Positions 53,990 to 64,000 of a stretch of 64,000 nt of DNA are shown piece by piece. How positions within the stretch are numbered: the first letter of the stretch is position 1; every line of letters begins with the position of its first letter. The position numbers were made by a program, and so were the translations under genes. Where the stretch lies: positions 33,790,001 to 33,854,000 of the forward strand of contig OX597816.1 in the NCBI GenBank assembly GCA_951406725.2, in the 5' to 3' direction. Source of the stretch: Octopus vulgaris. Lineage: Eukaryota. Below the pieces are notes generated by a model, which was not told the DNA's origin, searched no databases, and worked only from the letters and a program-made list of their open reading frames with translations.

Positions 53990-55305
53990 ATAATGGTTTC
54001 AAATTTTGTTACAAGGGCAGCAATATTGGGGAGAAGGGAAGAAGTCTATTACATAAAAACTAATTTTGAACTTGTATTTATCTGAAAGGCAAAGGCAACC
54101 TTCGCGGAATTTGAACTCGAAACATAGCGACAGGTGAAATACAGCTAAGCATTTTGTCCGGCCTGCTAACGTTTCTGCCAGATCACCGCTTTAATAATCA
54201 TTATAATCCTCTCTACAAGAGACACAAAGCCTCAGATTTGTGGCGAAGCGACAAGTTGATTACATCGACCCAAGTGATTCACTGGTACTTAATCTATCGT
54301 CCCCGAAAGGATGAAAGACAAAGTCAACCCCGGTGGTGTTTGAACACAGAACGTAAAGATGAACGAAATACCGCTAAACATTTTGCCCGTCATGCTAATG
54401 ATTCTGCTAGCTCGCTAAATTAATTATAATAATACTAATAATAATACGTTAAGCATTTCGCCCGGCGTGCCGGATTCTTTCAGATTGCCGTCTTAATAAT
54501 AATAATCCTTTCTACTTTTGGCACAAGGCCACCATAATAATGATAATAATAATAATAATAATAATGATAATAATAATACATTATATTTCAGGCACATGGC
54601 TTAAAATTTGGAGTTTGGGATTTCAACAATTACAACGGGATAGTGGACTTACATGGAATTTTTATTCAGAAAAGTAAACCCAAAAGCTCCACCAAGTATT
54701 TTGCCCGGCGCGGAAACGATTCAAACTGTTCGTCGTCCTTAGTAATATATTTTTGCTTTCTACAATAGACGCAAGACATGGAATTTGTGAATGTGTGTTA
54801 GTCGATTTCATTGTCTTCAGAGCTCAACTGGTAAGTATATGATCGGCCCCGAAGGAACGAAAGGCAATTCGATTTGGGTGGAGTTTGAGCTCGAAAATTA
54901 AGACCTGAAGCAATGCTGCTTAAAACATTGTCTATCATGCTGATGATTGACAATTTAAAATCTGGCTACATGTCCAGCGATTCTAAGGGAAATGCCTTAG
55001 TTCTAAGGAAAATGTATTAGTCTTTCACCGCCCCCTCACATCGTTGAACCAGTATTTATTTTATCGACTACGAAATAAATATTGGTAGTATTCTTTTCTA
55101 ATCTAGGCAAAAGGCCCCATATTTTTGGGGAGGAGGCTTGTCGATTAGATCGACCCCTGTACGTAACTAGTCCTCAATTTATCGCCCCGAAAGGATGAAA
55201 GGCAAAGTTGACATCAGCGGAATTTGAACTCAGAACTTAAAAACAGACGAAATACCCTAAGCATTTCGCCAGGCGTGCTACAGTCTCTGCCAGCTCGCCG
55301 CCTTT
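53990..55305 (-). mobile_element. Cluster of ~6 co-oriented SINE copies separated by (AAT)n
   Basis: Recurring CCCCGAAAGGATGAAAG(G/A)CAAAG..TTTGAAC..AAGCATTT(C/T)GCC blocks. The best copy is 55085-55303. Confidence 0.8.
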
Positions 55306-55409
55306 AAGAATGGTAATTTTAACTTCAGTACCATTTCAAATCAAAACGCAGATGCTGAAAATTACTACCATACCTACTACTACTACTTCTGATAATGATG
55401 ATGATGATG

Positions 55410-55810
55410 ATCTTTTTTATTGGTAAGAAGGGCCGAACACAACACAAATAGGGATGATACACACGAGGGACATATAGGCTTAAGCACAATATTGGTGTGC
55501 CAAATAAATAACAAAATCTGTTAGTAGCAAAATTTAAAGAATAAAAACAATGAAATTACCCCTAAGGGGAGACGCTCTTCAGGGTTAACCAAGTACCTCC
55601 ACAAAGTTTGGTTATCCTGTCCACCAACAACACTTCAGGCTGGCATCTCACTCCTTCTCGACACTTCAGGCCTACAAACGGTTGTTCACGGTGGGCCCGT
55701 TTACCAGGGTCATTCTTGCCGCTTTCGCCCGCCTTTTAACAAAATTTCTAGAGACCAGTACTTCCCTTTGTACCCTCACTATCCATTTCAAGGGAAACTA
55801 AAAAGATTCG
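55410..55810 (-). mobile_element. Tx1/L1-like LINE 3' end with AATAAA, abutting (ATC)n
   Basis: LKWIVRVQREVLVSRNFVKRR is similar to the 50790-50850 peptide. The 3' UTR ends CCAATAAAAAAGA-(TCA)n. Confidence 0.55.
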
Positions 55811-58800
55811 GGGGGTTCTTAACGTTTGATTTCAGAACTGGAAAACATGTAAAACAAAAAAAAAAAAATAATAATAAACACAAATTATAGAAAAACGATG
55901 TTCCTGAGCAGGCAAGCTTTATTAAAAATAATTTGAATAAGTTTTAAAAAATAACCATGAAAATCATTTTAAGAAGTAGATATATAAAACAATTATGAAT
56001 GCATGTTTGCAGAAGTGCTTGCAAGCTTGGGTTCGAGCATTTTATGTCTACTGTTCATGTTGCCGTTTGAAGCACTCAAATGTGCCAGTGAGCATTTGCT
56101 TCAGATGAAGAGAAGCAACTCACGTCCTCTAAAGTGCCCCCGCTTAAGCTTGTGCTATTGCTTGTAATAAGAGTTTCACGTACTATATTCTATTCTATAT
56201 AGCTTCGTACGGTTATTACGTTTTGTAACTAACCATCACAATAAATGTGATCTTTTCATTTTATGTGAGGTAAATGTCATATCTTCTTCTGAAGGGATAA
56301 CTATCACTCGTTATTGTGGCTGATTTCCATTGAGGATTGTCCTTATTTTCGAGTAATCTAACATCTACGCTCTTCGCGGTATCTCCGGAAGGCTAGAAAT
56401 ATGTGTCTCTGTTAACATCATTTCGTGCTGGACACAAGACGCTTGAGTGACGCTGCCAGTTATGTCACAATGTCCTTAATAGTATCATAGAAAATAGGGT
56501 GTCTGCTCGTTGAGTTTCCATGAACGAACAAGATGTTCCTTTCTTCGTCATTGCTGGCAATGTCATAACTGCTGTTCTGGGAAATAGGACTGATGTTGTA
56601 CTTGCTGTTGCGCCTATATCTTATCCTCCCTCACTCCTTCACACTAGCCCATGTTAGCTGTAAAACTGTCCGTCAATCTCTTGGTTCGTTTCACGTAGTG
56701 TGGGAGGGCAGATTCACACATCACTGTCCATGAGATAATCTAACTACTTGGCAATATTTTGTCATGAAGGTGAGGGTGAAGCAAAAGTCAAAGTCGTTTC
56801 CAGATCCTTGTATCTGACCAACACATTCTGTCGTTTCGTGTAACGTGGCAAACGTATATGAGCAGTTGTATATTGCTCTTGATTGATCTGTTTATTTCGT
56901 CTGTCATAATCCCGAAACTACGAATAGAGAATCATAGAATTTACACCAGTTAATCAAGGTTATTTTCTTCTAAGCTTTGGCTAACACTACTTGTAACTGG
57001 TGTTTTGTTACAGCAAGAAAATCTCACTTATTGTTCCTTAATACCAGTCAGGAAAAAACATCGTGATGCTTGGTTACACAACTTTTCTTACTGATCTCAT
57101 TTATGCTAAAACATTCTTCAATTGTTGTTGCTAGTAACGATTGAAAACGAAGACAAAATACAAAAAAAAACAAAACATTCTGACTTGATACCACTTTCAT
57201 TGAGTGGATGAGTGTTTGTGTATTTGTGTGTGTGTGTGTGTGCGTGTGTGGGTATGTGTGCGTTTGCATGTGTGCGTTGTATGAGTATATGTGTGTGTTT
57301 GTGTGCATTCTGTTGTAATCATTAATATGGTTACTATTTGTTCCATAAAGCATCATGTCAGTATGTTTCTCTCACGCTTGTCTTTTAATGAAAACAGTTT
57401 CTGTTTTGATTTTGTCACATGTATATAATTTTTAGGCATTTTGCATTTTCTGATTGTCAGTGGCGGTAGGGGTCTGTTATCGTGGCAGATGCCATTAAAA
57501 ATAGTTTCTGTTGAGAAAGCAAAGGCTACTAAAAATAACACGCCATTTCTTTTATTTTGGTAAAAATATCGTCTGAAACTAGCTTAAGGAGTCCTGCTAT
57601 GTTGATTTCAGACGAAGGAAATAGTAATGTTTTCTTTATTGGAAACGATAGAGCATCTCATTAGCTGCTAACAATACTACTACTGTTATTCATTCTCTTC
57701 TTATTACTACAATGAATAAAGGGAACCAAATATTAATAATTCTTGCAAATTTTGCTACAATACCAGCAGTATAAGTAAGTGTAACCGATTACATTGATCC
57801 AAATATTGTACTTTAAACAAAGGTGACATTAGCAACGTTTGAATTCAGAGCGCAAAGATTTGGAATACATGCCTCAGGATTATTATTTACGAAGCTCTAA
57901 CAATTCTGCCGGGTCGCTTTATTTTGCAGACTGACATACAAAATATAAAACGTTTAACACAGAGGGCTTACAGAAAGGTATGTTAAAGGAGACACAAGTT
58001 ATATAAAAATGGAGGAGCACGTTCCAAATTTTATAAAGGCGTGCAAATAATAATGTAGAACGATTAATGGAGAATACAACAATTCAGACAATGATTTGAT
58101 GAAGCCATAATACGAAACAAATATTTAAAATCGAGCACTCCAACACGATTGAGCCCCCGAAACTGTTGTTTCCAAATGAAGCAAAGCAAATTTCATGTTG
58201 CGATGGCACATGACCGAAGAAAGATCAAGTTTGTTCTCTTATGGAAGTTTTCGTTGAATTATTTTCTGAAGTTATCCTCAGCTCTAACCTTTAAGATGAT
58301 TGTCAAAATTTGACTGAATTAAATTACGAGTAAAATTATTCGCTTTGCTGGAAGTCGTAATCGAGGACTTCAAATCCAAATCTGTCCGCCACTGTGCGTT
58401 CATAACTTGCTTTTATCTAAACTTGCTTTAAAACATTCTGAGATCTTTTATTAACATTGCAGATCCGACTAGCATTGTTTTCAAGATAGAGTAGCATCCT
58501 AAATGCGGAATTGGCAGTCTTCCCACATCCGACCAAATTTACGATAATCCTAGGAACCTACTTGAATGAATGAAAATTTTCCACACATAATCATCAAATA
58601 CGTCTTGCCAAATCCACAAGAAACATTATGCAGATCTAAAAAACCTGTGCCAGTTGACTATAAGTTATTGATTCCGGAAAGTGTTTTTGTTTCCGTTTAG
58701 ATCCTCGAGAAACCTCTTTTCGTAGGAATAATATTCCTATTATTGTATATTGTAGCTAGTTCCCTAAAGAATATCGTGACTATGATATGTCAGTTGTAGT

Positions 58801-59139
58801 TTGTACAGGAGCTGACAGGCGACATTTTGTAAATCCTTTTTCAGTGTGAATTTCGCAGTTTTTTCAATGAAGATATTAATACTTAGTTGTATATGGTAAC
58901 AATAAACAATAGCTGTGTGATTTTGTTATTCATGTTGAACTCGATACCGTATGCATTTTGTTATGTGTTCCTGCTTAGCATGCCAGAATGAATCATGACT
59001 GGCTTTCGAACAAACACCGAGGATGTTAGAAAAATATCTTCTAACTTTCTTCGAGGATATGTGTGACACCTCTCGCATGAAACTGTTCCTATCTCTTATA
59101 TTCGCTGTTAAACGTTGCACTAATTTGTACAGACATACT

Positions 59140-59522
59140 GGTTTCAAATTTCGGCACATGACCAGGTTTCGGTTGAGGGGTTAAGTTGATTGGAGTCAGC
59201 CCTTTGTCCAACCTCTATCGAATGTAACGTGAAGTCGACATAAGTCGAATTCGAACTTAGAAGGTATAGACGGACGAAATGTCACTAAGAATTTTGTCCG
59301 GCGTGCTAACAATTTTGCCTGCTCATCGCCTTCACTTGTACGAATATATTAATTTAAAATTTTAGTTAAGAACAACAAAATCAGGGGAGTGTTTAGCCGA
59401 TTGCATTGACACCAGTGCTCAACTGGTACCTATTCTATCGATCTCAGCGGACTTTAAACTCAGCACAAATAGATGGACGAAATGACCCAGCGAACTAACG
59501 ATTCTTACAGCTCGCTGCCATG
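59140..59522 (-). mobile_element. Two degenerate SINE copies (53990 family)
   Basis: GGTTTCAAATTTCGGCAC..GAACTTAGAA..GACGAAAT..TTTGTCCGGCGTGCTAAC; AACTGGTACCTATTCTATCGA. Confidence 0.7.
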
Positions 59523-60122
59523 CGTCGCAACAACATATTAAACAGTGATTTGGGAAAAATGGAGTGATTAGAAACAGATTTGAGAAGATGGAGTGAGTTG
59601 AAACGATGAAAGTTTTATATTCGGTTGCTCTATTTATTAATGTTCTTCGAAAAGTACGAATTCCAGATGCCATGGATGATGCACGATAAATCAATATGAC
59701 ATTACTTCACGTTTGAATATTCAGGTATCGCATGTTGTGAAATGGCATGTAAATTTATATGAAAATTTGAAATTTATTCATTAATTATAAAAGTTTTAAA
59801 TCCGATTTATAGATCATAAAGTATGAATATTTTAGAAGCAAAAGCAAATATAAACGAGAATCAATGGAAGAATAAATATTTTCTGATTTCGATAGTATTC
59901 GAAAACCTGTATTAACTTTTCCAGCATATATTTTATTATTGGTTTCATCGAATAGGTGTGGCCATGTCCGAAAACGCCATTAACTATCGCATCCCTATGC
60001 AAATAAGCAACACCTCTCCAAAGATGGATATGAAATTTTGTGAACTAAATTTTCAGCATAACGATAAGTATACATATATGTGTATGTGTGTATGTATAGA
60101 TACATATACATGCATTATACAC

Positions 60123-60157
<35 letters not shown>

Positions 60158-60459
60158 CACACTCACTCACACATACAGACACACACACAGACACAGACAC
60201 ACACATATATAGATATAGATATTAAAAACGAAGGGAATAAAGTAATCTGAATGTTGCAAATTATTCATATATTCGAATTTGGTTCATATTGTTGGAGTTG
60301 CCGTCTTCTCACCACGAATATTCTAAATGTTATCTAATTCTATCTTCATCTTCAATAATTGGAAATCTATGTCTCTATATATGTCTGTCGCTCTGTTCTC
60401 TGTCTCTCTCTAGCTCTCTCTCTCCCTCCCTCTCTCCCTCTCTCGCTCTCTCTCTCTCC

Positions 60460-60490
<31 letters not shown>

Positions 60491-61899
60491 CATATATATA
60501 GATATATATATCAATGCTTCTTAATGTAAGAGATTGTTCATTGAAGAGGAAACTATATCATTTGGGGCTGAATGAAACAGGAATTGTGAATGACAATATT
60601 TCCGCAAATATTTATATATTTGCTTTCTAATTTTAACAGATTCATTTTCATTAAAACTGTTAATAATCTCCAGTTGCTTATACGTACGTTGCAGTTCGAC
60701 CAGCGTTGCGTCCTTCTCTCTATATCTAGGGTTTAGTAGGTCGGCTCCTGACTTTTGTTTGATATAACTTTTCAGAGAAGAACAAAGCATATTATCTGCT
60801 TGCATACACGTATAAATGTTAAGACTGGAAGATTGCCGTCGGCAACTGAACTATAATTTTCCTGGATTTCAATGTAGTTGTCCTTATTTCTATCAAAGAG
60901 CCTGAATGGTAACTGCATTAATTATTTCTGAAGACCGATTTAGGCTTTCGAATGTTATTTTGTTCCATTGGTTTCTTCTTTGAGTTTCATCTTCTCCAAG
61001 CGACATTTTAAGTTTGATTTGCTAACGGTAGTTTAAACCACCAGTGCAACAGATACAGCAAGAATATCGTGATAACACCACATGGTTAATGTATTTATAT
61101 ATCAGCCACAGCATAGGAAGCCTATCAATTGCGGTCAGTACAGCAGCTTATAATGGTTAAGAAGAAACAAGTCTATGCTTATGATTGATGGATGACATTT
61201 TCATGTTCTGTTTTGATATGTAGGCATACCTATAAGTAATTTAAATTCTCTTTCATTTACAGAGTATACTTTATTAGAAAAATGAAGCTGCGTGCACATT
61301 TGTTTATAAATATCTTCTCATTTCCTGTCTTATGCAATATATAAATATTTTATGAAATATTATGAAAAGGTCTTTAACCGCATTATGTATTTTTTAGATT
61401 AAGATAATATGGCAATGTTTAAGTGATTACAGAACAACTTTAAAGATAATCTTCTTCACAAGGAAATATTTTGCTTCTGAAAGAATGGGAAACGTACAAC
61501 ATGGAAGAGATATATTCTGTTGAAATTTACTGATGCGAGGTGTTTAGGAACTGCGGATAAGGAGTAAGAAAATAAGGTTATGTGCGTTACAGATGATGAC
61601 TATATGGTTAATGATGATGACTGATGGTTAATTATAGAGGTATTAATGAGTGCTACAAATAATTACTGTGTTAATGATACTGATTATTATGTGTGATATA
61701 GAAACGATTTTGTGGCTGATATAAGCGGTTGCATGTGTTACAGGAAATGACGCTCGTAATGATGCAAGCACTTTAGAAAGGCACAGGGTATGACTGTATT
61801 GACTGAAAAATCTCTGAAAGGGAAATAGGTAAATGAAAATATCCTCTTCTCAAAATTCCCCATAAGAAATTAGAGCGTATGATGTATCAAATATGTTTT

Positions 61900-63450
61900 T
61901 TTTACTTCCCTAAAATGGACCAACTAAAGCTACTCCATCATCTTATTTTGTAATGAAAAATATTGTTTGTAATATCTGGTTCCTATAAAATTACAAGCAC
62001 ATTTAAGTCAAAGCATAGTAATCATCAAATTACTCATCAACATTTATGGCAACGGAAAAAAGTTCTGATAAATAATGAAGAAAAAAAATCTGAGATTGAA
62101 ATGCGTATTTATCTTGCTAACCTTTAAATAACACAAATGGACATGAAAGAAAATTAAAAGCTATAGACGGAGGTTAAGAAAATTACCAAGCTGTGTTTGA
62201 AAATCATTACCAGTCTGCTACGTAGTGGAAGCAAGTTATGGATAATGTAGTGCAAACTTCTTTATCCAAAGGAACAAGAATATTTTTGATCGGCAATGTT
62301 TGCCAAATATCTGAAGCATTAGTTGATAGCAAAGCAGTTGGAGTTACGATTTTTTCTTCGGTGGTTTAGTGAAACAGTGAACATTATGAACGATGCATAA
62401 GTCATTGTATATTGTCTTTTTAAGAAAATTTGCGAAAAATTTTGGAACAACACTTTTGTTTGCGTCTTGGAGTGTAAAATACTAATGAATTTTATTCATG
62501 CAGAACTGAAGATCATTTGAGAAGAAAAATTGTTACGGTTATTACAGATGGTGCTTTAGCTATGAAACAGAAATTTTAAGTAATTGCTGCCTGCACCCCA
62601 CGAAGCAGTATTGTTACTTTTACATTATTGGTTATATCGCAAGAACTAGCTGCATAGCAACTGAGTAACAAAATACATGTTGTAGTGACTAGAAATGTGA
62701 ACAGGAAGAATTATAGCAGCATGTGATGAAATACTCAATGCAATGGGCCTACAAGAGAAACAGGTGTGAATGCTTTTTGAATTATTTAATGATAAGATTT
62801 GTCAGATCAGATAATCCTCCTTCATTTTACGTTTAGATTGCTGTCACAGAAAAAAAAAAATCTTTGAAAAAATAATCACCAGGTGGGGTAGATGGGGGTA
62901 TCTTTTATTACAGTGATGCGAAAGCGATGCATTTCAATAATGAATTTTAACTGGCCACCTTGTAGTCGAATAAATTACTTCAGGTTTTAAACATTTAATT
63001 AGGCTTAGTTTGTCGCTTTAATGTAATGGAAAGGACATATTTAATGTCTTGCAAAATAAAAGCCATGAAAATGAAGATCACCCTCTGGCATATTAATATT
63101 GATAAAGACGATTTCTTAAATTTCACACATTTGCCAAGTTTACTAAAAGAGTGTTTTTATTCGCATGAAAACAGGCTGATATGAGAAAACGCTGTAGGAT
63201 AATTTCTCATTTGCCATCCTTACTCTCTAAAACATGGTAAAACATTTTCCAAAGAAGTGTGCGCAGGGACTTGGAAAATCTGATGTGGATAATCAATCCA
63301 TTTCGTGAACAGCAATCGAATCTAGCAGATTTCGGGGAAACGTTAGCCGTGTTGATACCTCTTCAAAATGATTTCATTTAAGATGTTCTTTGACAACGAA
63401 TGTTAATGGTTTACCTTATGGGATGTACTTAGTTTCCTTGAATGAACATC
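61900..63450 (+). mobile_element. Highly degraded hAT transposase (Buster/ZBED5-like)
   Basis: Collinear remnants across frameshifts: VPIKLQAHL..KH (cf. MKPSKLxRHL), VITDGALAM (cf. TDGAxAM), an HCxxH..ELA-like segment, an RWLS-like segment and WIINPF. Confidence 0.6.
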
Positions 63451-64000
63451 GATTGCCTTCAAGTGCTTTGAAATACTGGCACAGAAAACAACACATTCTG
63501 CCGGAACAAGTATTTTCAAACAAGGTAGAATGAGAAGAAAAGTGGAAGACTCGTGAAGGTGTTGTTATGCCGGTTGCTTTGGAGATGGACATTACATTAT
63601 CGGTTTTGGGGAATTGTCGCAGAAGCTCACTCGACACGTATTGAACAGTGATAAAAATACATGCAATTTAGTGTAGCATTAACCCGTTTGTTGTTTATGT
63701 TGTCAACTTATGCCCAAGCAAATACTATTGTCTCCAAAATTCCAATTCTAAAATTTACAAAAGATACGTAAAATAAACCTCCTAATAGATATATTTGAAC
63801 GTATGTTTACCATACATTCAATTTTAGTTCTTATATGTTTTAGAATATTAAAAAAAACAGAATAAACACTTAAAACAGGTGTTAATTATGCCATACAAAA
63901 AAACAAAATTGATAAACGAAGGAGAACAAAAAGAAAAGAAAGAGAATATTGTGTCGCAGGTGATACAAAACTAAATTAAGAAGTGCAGATATGTGATAAT

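Noticed and set aside
56000-58900. Possible degraded DNA transposon coding sequence (e.g. MFLVDL near 58620, minus strand); similar unexplained segment at 19320-19950
   Set aside because: Too few motifs to classify without a BLASTX/Dfam search.

Overview
Very AT-rich, microsatellite-dense eukaryotic DNA. Long (TA)n/(CA)n tracts and the SINE families present suggest a cephalopod (octopus-like) genome; this is an inference. Most ORFs in the supplied track are translations of simple repeats. The real content is mainly transposon fossils: two RTE LINEs, three CR1-clade LINE pieces, two Tx1/L1-like 3' ends, a Penelope-like element (RT + GIY-YIG), several Tc1/mariner and hAT remnants, and many tRNA-derived SINEs. 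There is one plausible host first exon encoding a signal peptide (26380-26496, minus strand). The most notable structure is a young array of ~560-bp units at 40828-43025, each full unit carrying a type I hammerhead ribozyme motif with a palindromic helix III. The units are arranged as tandem copies plus an inverted block, with both ends in (TA)n. At least eight further hammerhead-like elements of several families are scattered through the window, most ending in (TA)n. Together they suggest a retrozyme-like, Penelope-dependent, microsatellite-targeting system. All calls were made by eye; no searches or folding programs were run.
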